DNA of 64,000 bases from NCBI GenBank assembly GCA_010015585.1, contig ML975153.1. One strand, written 5' to 3'. This DNA is from Eremomyces bilateralis CBS 781.70. Taxonomy: Eukaryota. The position numbers and the translations under genes are program-made. The notes beneath the pieces were generated by a model, which ran no database searches, was not told where the DNA came from, and saw only the letters and a list, made by a program, of their open reading frames with translations. This document shows positions 1 through 10,428 of this stretch, one piece after another; positions within the stretch are counted from its first letter, which is position 1, and every line of letters starts with the position of its first letter.

Positions 1-16
1 GCCTCTGCTGCAGCGC

Positions 17-550
17 TCATAGGGCGCTCTCTGGGCACATCCTCAGACAAAAAAGAGCATTTTGAGCATCGACTTGGGCAAATCTTTCAGCGTAGAAAGC
101 TTCCATATCTCCAAAGTGATAATTCCATGCCATTGTTAGAGTATAGGAAGCATACACTCCGCTTATGGCGAGAGCCATAAGCTGTGCTTCGATCAGTTCT
201 GTCGGCTGCGATAGACATTTATGCGCACTGGGATTAAGTGATCGGGGGTGATTATGATGCTTGTGTAGAGCCTCCAGCTTCCACTGGTCGTCGTTTTCGT
301 TCTTAAATATGACAAGCCTAAAAGTACACCCTATTAAGCGCGTGCTTGTGCTCATAATCCTTACCCTTTTCTACGAGTTTCCGGATCGATCCCAGTAGTA
401 GTAATATCATATCTTAACATTAGAATGGTGAGGTCTGCCCCAGTTGAGTAGGAAACCGTAGCCATGCTACATGCCATGGCTCCTAAGAGCATTGTAGGCT
501 TCTTCATAGGACGCGTAAAAACAATTTAGAGGAGGGGCAATATTCTCTAT
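17..550 (-). pseudogene. Degenerate Mutator-like (MULE) transposase N-terminal FAR1/WRKY-like fragment
   Basis: The minus frame reads IENIAPPLNCFYASYEEAYNALRSHGM*HGYGFLL...KI*YYYYWDRSGNS*KRVRIMSTSTRLIGCTFRL...WKLEALHKHHNHPRSLNPSAH. It stays in frame through three stops (TAG, TGA, TAG), each one C>T away from CAG/CGA. HGYGF...STR..GC.F...W.L....HNHP is the pattern of fungal MULE FAR1-type domains. Confidence 0.7.
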
Positions 551-1666
551 GTTGAGGTCTGTGAGAGAAGAAACAGATTGAACAATGAAGTTGTCCTTAG
601 GCGAAGACTAAGGGAAATGCGCGCTAGGCCTAGTTGAACGATTATTAATTTCTACCATTACTAGCGGGGAGGAGAAATTTCAAAAACGGGAGGAGAAATC
701 TCACCAGCTTTTCCCCACCGGGGTTTTTCATCCTCCATAGTTGCGATACGATCTGCATGGTCACTAGATAGGACCGTATCAGACGTTAAATAATAATAAT
801 AAGAAGAATCAATTTAACGTACTATCTGGATCCCTTTCGGGTCAACGAATCCGGCGTTGCGGAGAGACTAAATTCCCAGGCGTACTACCAAGGGGTTGGA
901 CCAAGATGAAGCCAATGTGCAGCCAGGTCTCCTCTAGGAACGGAATACCCTGCGGGGCTTAAGACCAAGGCTTTGCCTGCTATTTAACGCTGAGATACTC
1001 CTCGGAGGATGACATTTCATTCGGACAAATCATCACAAGTTCTACCTTTAGTCTGCGATGCAACATGGGCTGGTTCACCCTCAGAGGCGCAAAAGCTTCC
1101 CCCTCCAAGTGAAGCTTGAGAGCAGCCAAAACACAAGCAATTCGATTCGCGGCAAAGATGGAGGAGCTGAAGGGCCAAACGGAAGTCCTCCAAGATAAGG
1201 CGGATAAGCATCTGGAGAGGGAGACCCGATTCAAGGAGCTGCACTGACAACAGTGTCAATTGGGAGAGGTCTGCTTCTTCGACTCCGCGTATTTGATTTC
1301 TAGAAGGACGGGGATACCGGGGAACCGATGTTAAGGGGGCTAGTAGATGACGCGGCAAGTATTAGAACTGTGAATAGTATTAGTAGTTTATGTAGTGTGT
1401 GGTCAGGCCAACGTATCATCTTTACTCAAATCAACACTTAGTGACACGCTCCATTAAAGGTGCACAATAGACCAGACTCCTTCAACCCATCCAGTGCTGA
1501 GTATCCAGATGCGCCATATGCCTCCGAATTTTACATGGAGCTCTTGTTCCTGGCCGAAATGTGTGCAGTAAAATACGAACCATCCCGATCCAGCCATCCA
1601 AGTCGTCCAAATCATAATCTTATGTTCACGTTATGTTACCAATCGCTCAACCGAAAGCTGGAGGCT

Positions 1667-3794
1667 CTATCGTCTCCAGGAATCATACAGTGCCATCAAC
1701 TTTTGTCTCGCCGCCTTCCCCCCTTTCTGGATCCTCGGCACCATATCCTCCGCACTGATCAGCTCGCTCACGTCCCGCCCTCCCATCACGCTCCTCTCCA
1801 CCCAACCGCAACGCGCCTTCATAGTCTTATTCGCCCCCGCCTCCAACAGCAACCTCACCGCCTCCACATGCCCCCCCGCCGTCGCTGCATGCAGCGGCGT
1901 CCCAAACGGCCCACCCGGTCTCTCTGGGCTCGGGTCAGCCCCCGCCTCGAGCAGCTTCTGAATCGACGGAAGATGCGCGGCGCGCGAGGCGGCTTGCAGC
2001 GGCGTGTAGAAGTAGCCGAGCGGGATGTTCGGGTCGGCACCAGCTTTGAGGAGGAGGTTCAGGCACACGAAGCCGCGCTCGCCCTTCGCGGCGGAGGCCT
2101 GGGTTGCGGTGCCGTAGAAGCCGCTGGAGGTGTTGATGGCGGCGCCGGCGGCGAGGAGGTGGTCGAGTGCGGAGGAGTCGCAACGGGCGGCGGCAGCTTG
2201 GAGGGGGAATCCGAAGGATTCGATGGAGAGGGGAAGGAAGGTGGTGTTGGGGGGCATGGCATTGGAACCTTTGGAGTGGAGGTTGGGGTTAGCGCCGTAC
2301 GAGAGGAGGAGTCGGAGGATGTCGGTGCGGGAGTGGAGGACGGCTTCGTAGACGGCGAAGGTTTGGGATGGCGTGCAGGCGTCGATGGTGGAGTTGGGGT
2401 CCGCACCTTCGGCTAACATGGAGTGGACTTTGGAAAGGGGCATGTCTTTTGTGAGCTTTTTAAGCTTCTGGTCGAGTTTGGTTTGGTCGGAGGGGGTGAG
2501 TTCTTCCCGGGCACGCCGTGCGGAAGAAATGGCAGCGGGATCGATGATTTTGTTTTTGGAGCGTTTGTGGTCGAGTGGTTCGTCAGGGTCAACCGGTATA
2601 GGGTACACGCTATCGTATGAACCCTGGTTCCATGCGTCGACATTTATCGCATCGGGATCGGATTGCGTAGTTGAAAAGGGGAATTGAAAACCGGTTGGCC
2701 CGCTTCTGTTCAGATCGTCGTGCGTATATCTTTGATGGGGTGTCCCGCTCATTCGGGACGATTCCTCTGCTCGTTCCATATCCCAGGATGGCAGAATCGA
2801 CGACTCCGGGCGCGGAGGTCTCCAACCATTGAGCGTTGCCAAACTTATGGTTTGAGTCGGGCCCGAGCTTGATAGCCATGAGGATGTCGGTGACTGATCG
2901 GATTCTCGTCGGGGGCGGACTGGAGTCCCAGGATCGGCTGGAGACGGCAATACCACGGTCGAGATCGAAGACAGACTGACTAGCTCCGCTTCAATTGGAC
3001 CAGGTAATCGGCGTTCTCTGGCCTTCGGTTTGATTTGAGGGGTGGTTGGCAGTCGGGGGTTGATATCTCCGTAACCTTGTGTTGGCAGGAAGAGGGCTTC
3101 GCTGTCATACATTGATGCCTCATATGCGGTCTCAGCATATGTCGATGAATCATCCAGGAACCTTTCCAGTCGCTCCAGTGCTAGCGCATTGGGTAGACAC
3201 CTGTGGTCTAACTGCCCTTTGAGCTCGGCAATCTCGACAAGAATCCGAGAGGCATCGCTTTGAACGGCATCCATGCCAATCTGGATCCCATCCGTGTCGT
3301 TTATTAATTCCCTTGCTATCGACCTAATACTAGTCAGCCGAATTATGTTCTCGTCCCACAATGCAATTGACAACGTCATCGACAACGTACAAGTTTACTA
3401 TGTCGAGCGCTATATCCAGTGCAAACCTATGCATCCCCAGACATCTCTGGAGCTTCGCCGCCTCTTTCCTGCCCAGGACCAGCCAATCCATCCTGAAGGC
3501 GCCACGATAGTCGGCAAGAAAGTCCGGGATCTGCTTGATAACCAAGTTGCATCCCTCGAGAATGCCAGCTATCCGACGTCCCAGCATGTCCGAGCTCCCG
3601 AACCACCCCTCGTCTTTGGCATCCTTTGACAGCAATTCCAAATCCTCCTTAATCAAGTTCAGCTCACGATCGAGGGTCCGGACGTCATTGCGAGCGTCTC
3701 GATACTGGCGAACAAACTCGGCGGTGGTCGACGTCACTTTGCCGATGGTGGCTACTAGAGCAAGGCAGCTCACCGTGAGAGGTACTGGATCCAT
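1667..3794 (-). CDS. HeLo-like/SesA-type fungal STAND N-terminal domain fused to C-terminal ankyrin repeats (~686 aa, 2 exons: 3794-3391, 3323-1667)
   Basis: The N-terminus MDPVPLTVSCLALVATIGKVT...FVRQYRDARNDV..LDREL matches the Helo_like_N pattern. A GTACGT...GCTGAC..TATTAG intron (3390-3324) joins the two ORFs in frame. The C-terminus has ankyrin motifs (LLLSYGANPN, TPLQAAS, GTPLHAATAGGHVEAVRLLLEAGA). Confidence 0.8.
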
Positions 3795-4839
3795 TATCGA
3801 TTTCGGTTTCGAAAACAGGCGGGGGTAGAATCCAGGGAGTGGCGAAGCCACCAGTATTCCCGAGGGATACTTAAGGAATGTTCCTCATAGGTTTAGGGGG
3901 TGGACCGATGGCCCTGGGATGGTTGAAGCAGAATTGAAGAACCATACTTGAGAGGGTGGTGCACTATATATCGAACGGGCGATGGCCTAGCACCATCACA
4001 AGGCGCGCTCTACTACCTTGGAGAATCGGCTCTTCGCGCTTAAGGCTGTGTCTAGTGTGTGGCACCACGAAACTCCAACAGAAGAGCAGCTTGGCGACGA
4101 ACCGGACGAGGAAATGCAGCATTCGGACGCCATCAAACGAGATAAAATCATCGCTAAGTATGATGTGATAGGTAGATGGAATTAGATGGACTAGGGGGCG
4201 TGGGGGGGGGTTAGCAGCGTATGAACGCGTGGAGCAACGCCGTTCGGGGATTGGTTGTAAATTTGCATAGAGTTCGGATGCTCCATATGCCCAGCCCCTC
4301 CCTATTCACCCTCATCCTCGAACCCGGAAGATTCTCTATTGCTCGGTCACGATTGATATTCGCTCGGCGCCTCGTTGTGCATCTGAGCCATTCGATGTTC
4401 GTCGTTGGTTTCAGCGTGGAGAATCGAGACGATGCCACGGCCGCCACGACTTTGCATACTTCGTGACATCTACTTTGTCTGACGGTGGTCCGGAACTCAT
4501 GTGATTTGATATGTCAGTAGTAATATCACATTCCGGAAGGACTGGTAATCGGTCGATCTCTTCCAACCACAGCCGAGAGGTGGCGTCTGGTATCATCTAT
4601 CGGCGATTCGGCGGTAGACCTGCAGTGGGTCCAAAGCGAACATGAGCAGAGGATTGTGGCTTGACTACCACTGTGCCAAATGTAGAATCCGAGTCCATAA
4701 CGAATTCTTGGCGGTTAAGCAATAGTGAGAATGAATAATAATCATTGTCTCGCAACATCGTCATCGCTGTGTCCTCCATTGTACCAGCTTCGGCGGGGTT
4801 TGCCGTCTTGGCGAGCGCAACTCTAATTTCACTCCTGTA

Positions 4840-5117
4840 CGGAGGTCCATTTCAAAAGTTATTGCTCGCCAAGAAAGGGCTTGATTATATAAGCCGTTCG
4901 ACAGCCGATAGCACAGGCAGTAGGGTGTCTAGCCAACGGGCGGGTACTACGCGCGGTAAATCGAATGCCCGGCGCCCTTGCCTCGAATTAGGCTCTATAA
5001 GACCTGATTAAATGCCCAGTTGATAGGCAGTCCAGTGCCCGTGGCATAGGCTCTCGAGACTGCTTATATAATCACGCCACTTCCTTGGCGAGCAATAACT
5101 TTTGAAATGGACCTCCG
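4840..5117. mobile_element. 278-bp MITE, Tc1/mariner-like (TA target duplication)
   Basis: The left end CGGAGGTCCATTTCAAAAGTTATTGCTCGCCAAG... is the reverse complement of the right end ...CTTGGCGAGCAATAACTTTTGAAATGGACCTCCG (34 bp perfect, ~55 bp with mismatches). TA lies immediately outside both ends (4838-39, 5118-19). No transposase inside. Confidence 0.88.
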
Positions 5118-5889
5118 TAGCGGATAAGCCGATTTATATTGCTGGCAAGGTCGATCCTGAAAGATCGGATTTGGTTCTTACGTGATATAAAGGTATAGAA
5201 CGAGTGGGTCGTACCGTCCTGGGCGTACCTCGCGAGTCACGACGTATGCAGAACACGATGAACCAATGTGGGACGACGGAGCACTGCGAGGACCTTCTAC
5301 ATCGATCCTATGGACGGATGATCAACATGATTCACAATAAACGTCGTTTGTGGTCGCAGGATGCATTTGTAAGGCGACCGTAATATCATCAATTCATGAG
5401 TTGGATATCATTGACTTGACTATGCAAGGTTGCAGTCGCAGCTACTTCACAGCTCACACTGTTTGACTGCATCTTCCGATCCGCCACCGCTCTGGTGGAT
5501 GCTCTTCAATTGCCATAGCGAAATTCCGTTCATGCCGATTTTTTTGATCATAGGGGAAAGCAGTTTGGTGATAAGGAAAACAGGAACCCCGTCATGCTGT
5601 ATCATGGTGAAGCGAATGGTATCGGACGTCTCCCCGCAAAGCAAGTTTGGGGGATGCGCACCGGGACCGTGGAGAGGTCCATCGCCAGTAAAAACCGGCG
5701 AAGGAAGTGAAGGATAGAAGTACTGTACAAAATGCATGACGGGGCTTTGGACGTCCTCGATGGGATTCGTCTCCTTACTCCAACGCAACTTCCGCTATGT
5801 CCCGACCTCGAACGTCCTCCGGGTATCGCCTTGCACTTCACTGCAGGCATTGTAGGTCGCCGTGTGGGAGTAAGGAAATGTTCGACCGC

Positions 5890-6660
5890 CTAGTTGGGGC
5901 AGCTAGACTGAACGTGGCCCGGCTGCTTGCATCGGTAGCAGAGACGCTCTTGACCAGCGTCAGACGGGCAATCTCTGGAAAGATGACCGACCTCGCCACC
6001 TAGAAAAAGTCAGCGTCAAGCCCTTCACAACGCGTGTCGGTGCACCTACAGTTGTAGCACTTCTGTCCTTGGGTGCAATCCCGGGACATATGTCCGTAGC
6101 CACCGCACGAATAGCAGGTGGTGCCGCGCGACGGACCACCGAACCCACCACCGCCCTGGTAGCCACCGGGGCCACCGGGGGCGCCGCCCTCACGGCAGTT
6201 TCGGGCAATGTGGCCGACCTTGCCGCACTTGTAGCACTCTTGCGAGCTGCCGCCGGGGGGTCCGCCCGCACCGGTCGAGTCGTTCGGGCACTCGCGAGCG
6301 ATGTGGCCGGGCTGGCCGCAGCGGTAGCACGCACGACCTTCGGGGGCACCGCCACCGCCTGAGCGGGGCTGAGGGCACTCACGGGACAGATGTCCCTTGC
6401 CGTTGCAGTTGTAGCATGTTGGGTTGTCGCGGTCGGGGCAGTCGCGAGCCTGGTGCTCAGTAGCGCCACCTATGAGGAATCGTTAGCAAAGGAATTCTCG
6501 TGACAAGGCCGTCGCCATGAATATGTCGGAATCGATCGAATGAACTGATTCTACATTCCTGAGACGGGTTGAAAGGCCTGATCTCATCGCCTGATCAAGA
6601 AAACGCGAGGAACTTACAGTTGTAGCAGGCCTTGCCAGTGTTTCCAGTAGAAGCGTCCAT
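5890..6660 (-). CDS. GIS2: CNBP/Gis2/Byr3-like 7x CCHC zinc-knuckle nucleic-acid-binding protein (190 aa; exons 6660-6618, 6469-6050, 5999-5890)
   Basis: The spliced frame MDASTGNTGKACYNC|GATEHQARDCP... has seven CX2CX4HX4C knuckles and a Gly-rich linker. Canonical GTAAGT/GTAGGT donors and TAG acceptors. The ORF track shows only off-frame translations of exon 2. Confidence 0.92.
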
Positions 6661-8569
6661 TTTTATGATGGAGGAATCGTCAGAGGTTGATCTGAAAGCG
6701 GTTAGAGAGGTGTACCTTGATGGCGACCTTGCGATGGACGATGTGGAAAGGAATCGGGGTGATCCAATGATACGTTCATCTAACGAGGATAGTCCCCGTT
6801 TGATGACCGTAACGGGATTCCCGAGGGGTAGTCGAAGCAATGGCATCGTAATGGATCACTCACCTTTGAATGATAATGTCTGACAAAATATTTTCGGTTT
6901 TAGGGCTGAGTTGATGATAGGTATCGAAGGAGTGAAGGATGGGATGCAAGATTGCGACGGAACAACAAGATGATCCGGGCCGGGGGCGGTGATTTACGAC
7001 TTGATCTTTTCTGCACTTGAAAACGGTGGTGAAAACCTGAAAACAAGTGAATCGATGATCCGGTGAGCTTTGTGGGGTTGGATGAAAAAACGTTGTGTTT
7101 GCCGCAGCGAAAGCAGCGAAACGGTGTGTGCTCCTGGTGGCAACCGAGGGTCCGATGGAGCTAACCAGCTTTTCCAGTGTTTTCCTCCAATTTCTCGTCC
7201 CTAACACACGCTACGCTAGCCTTACTCAACCTTGCCCCGAAGCTTGGGTGATCGATTTTAGTGATTAGCCACGAGTTTGATCTTTAAGCGAGTCAGTGGC
7301 CGTTGCCGTTGATGTTCAAGATTCAGGATCCTGTTGGTTCTTGTCAGATTGTGGCGCTGACGTGTGTAGGAACAGTTCAAGAGCCGCAACAGATGAACAG
7401 ATTACAGAACTATATCGTGGAAGAACTACAAATCTCAGCACGTTGGAGTTCGGCATCAGTTTTATAGAATCTCCATCATCTCTCTCCTCCATCGCTCATC
7501 CCTCTATCTCTCTTTTCCTTTCTCTTGGGACCCTCGCATTGTTGACCATGTAAGGGTGCTGTCTCGTTGAGATTGGTCCTATTCCGCCTTACATGAATCA
7601 GGCTGATCATCAGAGATCGGGAGACCGCGGCAAGGTGGCTTCAGATCTCCAACTCTACCATTTGCAAGGGTTTTAACTCATATGCAAGTCACTTTGGGTT
7701 GAGTACACCTAATACGTGTCAAATATACCTCCACTTCCTCAGGACCATATGTGATCTTAGAAGTCCCCAGGAACTGAAACATAATCTCCTTCCCTTGATC
7801 AGCATCATTTCCAGAGGCGGGAAGTCAATCAAACCACTTCGAGAAATTGAACCGAATAGTTACGCGAGATCAAGCTGACCCGAGCATTTGTGGGGATACC
7901 TATATCTTTCTTCAGTTTAGTGGTCGGACAATGATCGCTTGGAGAGGAAACTGGGAAGCTGGCCCTAAAATATTAGATATTAAGGTACACGTGTATACAT
8001 CTCATATATCTACGTCTAGCAACTGTTGTGTTTACATGTGATACGAGGCCAGCACGGAGGACACCAGGCCATTATTGAGGCTCGGCAAGTTAACATCAAA
8101 GAGTGGACTCCTGGGTATCATAAGGTACATATATGATACATCGAAGGCAGAGGACCTTGAATTGATGGCACTATGCACCTGATACAGGGCGCCTAGCTTG
8201 CATTAAGGTGGAAACTAGAACTGGAATATCCACGACAGCTAAGGGAAGAATGGTATCAAGGCCATTATTTCTAGAGCCGGGGATGTAGGAGTTAATATCG
8301 ATGACCATCAAGCCTCGAAGCCTTGGGGTAGGTACTATATGATATAATGCTACTTGCATCGACCTAACGCGAACTCTGGATATGCCTAAGAGCCATCAAT
8401 TTCGTCCACCCTAGACGGTACTCTATTTTCTCTACTCCATCTTTTCTACGAGAGTGCCTCTGAAGTCTGATGCTGTTGTCGATTCCCCGGTCCGGTGTTC
8501 TTCGGTCTTCCATTCAGATCGGTTCAATCGTATATGGAATTCGGGTTCAACCTGAAATTGATCCCCCGG

Positions 8570-8695
8570 ACGCGTTAATACTGTAGGTAACGTACATGCA
8601 CCTTTTCCAGTTGCCGAATGGCATCAATGTTCAAGATGTGATATTTCATTTCGAGATCACGTGCAGGACGCGTCGCGGTGCCCCACTCAACGCGT
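8570..8695 (+). promoter_or_regulatory. Three MCB (ACGCGT) boxes plus a CACGTG upstream of RNase H2A
   Basis: ACGCGT at 8570, 8668 and 8690, and CACGTG at 8658, 140-270 bp upstream of the ATG. This is consistent with MBF-type G1/S control of a replication/repair gene (inference). Confidence 0.5.
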
Positions 8696-8835
8696 CTTCT
8701 TCATTCAACGTCAGTTCAAGAACATCGACGTAAATTGTAACTCTGTCGATGTAACAAGCAATCAGCGTTTCTAGAAATTGAACACTATTCGTTTGATCTC
8801 CCATCCATAGCAACCTAGTTTTCTATCATATAACA

Positions 8836-9921
8836 ATGAACGAGGTTCCAGTATCCCAAGATGCTCCACAAGATCTCGAGCAAGATGTTACCCCTTCCAA
8901 TATCTTCATCCCCCCTACAGTCGATACCCCAAAGCTCCTCTCCGGAAATACATACTCATATTTCTCTCCCATACCTTCCGCAATCGCCTCCGACTTATCG
9001 ACGGAGTGCGTGATTGGGATTGACGAGGCCGGCAGAGGACCGGTTTTAGGACCCATGGTCTACTCCCTCTTTTACGTTCCACAATCGCTCCATTACAGCC
9101 TCCTCCGTGATACCCATGCTTTTACAGACTCCAAGGCCCTTACGGCCGAAGTGCGGTCGAATCTGATGCGAACTCTGTGTACACCGCCAGCAACATCAGC
9201 CGGTGCAGAATCGAACGACGCCGATGATGCGGCCGATGCAGGGGAGGCTGAGAGCGCCTCACTTCAGACCCATTGCGGCTTTTCAGCAACCCTCCTTTCG
9301 GCGACCTCAATATCCTCGTACATGCTTCCATCACCACGAACCGCCCCATACAATCTCAACGCCCAAGCGATGGATGCGACGATCGATCTGATTCAACGGA
9401 CATACGACATGGGGCTGAACATCACGGACATCTTTGTCGACACCATCGGAAAGCCGGAAGTGTATCAAAAGAATCTCGAGAGGATCTTCCCGGCCGCGAG
9501 GATATCGGTCGAAAAGAAGGCCGATGTCACATATCCGGTCGTGGGCGCGGCCAGTGTCGTCGCAAAGGTGACGCGAGACGTGGCGTTGGAAGTGCTCTGG
9601 GACGAGTATGTGAAGCATACTTCCATGACGGATCCGGGAGATCATTGGGGTTCCGGATATCCATCGGACGGCCGGGCCACCAACTGGCTCAAAGCGTCCA
9701 TGGATCCTATTTTTGGATGGGGCTCCGAGTGTCGATTCTCATGGGGCACCGCAAAAGACTTGTTAGAGGGCAAGTCTGCCGCGGCGATTGTGGATTATGA
9801 GGAAGAGGATTCCAAAACGGTGAAGATGACCGACTTTTTCAGCTCCAACGGGGAGGACGACGGCGCAGAAGATGAGCTGGGGAGATGGTACGGCAGGAAT
9901 TTATCTGAGGAAGTGTTTTAG
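8836..9921 (+). CDS. RNH201: Ribonuclease H2 catalytic subunit A
   Basis: Motifs GIDEAGRGPVLGPMVY, DSKAL, FVDTIG, KKAD.TYPVVGAASVVAKVTRD, WGSGYPSD, RFSWGT. Confidence 0.96.
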   Translation: MNEVPVSQDAPQDLEQDVTPSNIFIPPTVDTPKLLSGNTYSYFSPIPSAIASDLSTECVIGIDEAGRGPVLGPMVYSLFYVPQSLHYSLLRDTHAFTDSKALTAEVRSNLMRTLCTPPATSAGAESNDADDAADAGEAESASLQTHCGFSATLLSATSISSYMLPSPRTAPYNLNAQAMDATIDLIQRTYDMGLNITDIFVDTIGKPEVYQKNLERIFPAARISVEKKADVTYPVVGAASVVAKVTRDVALEVLWDEYVKHTSMTDPGDHWGSGYPSDGRATNWLKASMDPIFGWGSECRFSWGTAKDLLEGKSAAAIVDYEEEDSKTVKMTDFFSSNGEDDGAEDELGRWYGRNLSEEVF

Positions 9922-10428
9922 GATTCGTTAAGAATGAAGATGCTGCTGAAGGAGCTGGCGAGTGACGATAGGACATGATCTTGTTTACCGGCCTAGCGGC
10001 ATGGTGAGTGATGGAAGATTGATTTGTCTCCCTTGATTGCACACCCTACACTGTCAGCTTGCGTTTGTCCGGGGGATTGACTGTTACTGCAGACCCTCGG
10101 CGAACAGAATCGGAGTTGTTTTCCTGTTCAAGCAGAAGTGTATTCCCATGGTTATGGGGAATCACCTCGACTGATTGTTGTGAATGAGACGAAGCCTTCA
10201 CTGAAGCACATCCTGCGAAGCATTGTAATCTGTTGTTTGTGTTTACTCCTCACATTTTGCAATCTTTCTCACTCACTCACCCACTCGCCTGCTGCCGTCT
10301 TTCATCCATCATTGAGATCGGTTGAAGGTTCGATTTTAAGAACCAGCGCGGCATCATCTCGTTGGAAGGCCGCGTCATAGTAAGTGGTTCTATTCCCAAG
10401 ACACATAATATTCTATTGAGCCTCCAAG

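Noticed and set aside
1460..2416. 318-aa + strand ORF
   Set aside because: Antisense shadow of the ankyrin region. Its Pro/His-rich then Gly-rich composition mirrors the skew, and it has no domain.
5960..6469. 169-aa Ala/Thr-rich ORF
   Set aside because: Wrong frame of the zinc-knuckle gene's exon 2.
7300..8560. Intergenic stretch with TA-rich patches, possibly RIPed
   Set aside because: No recognisable frame, termini or repeat could be supported by eye.
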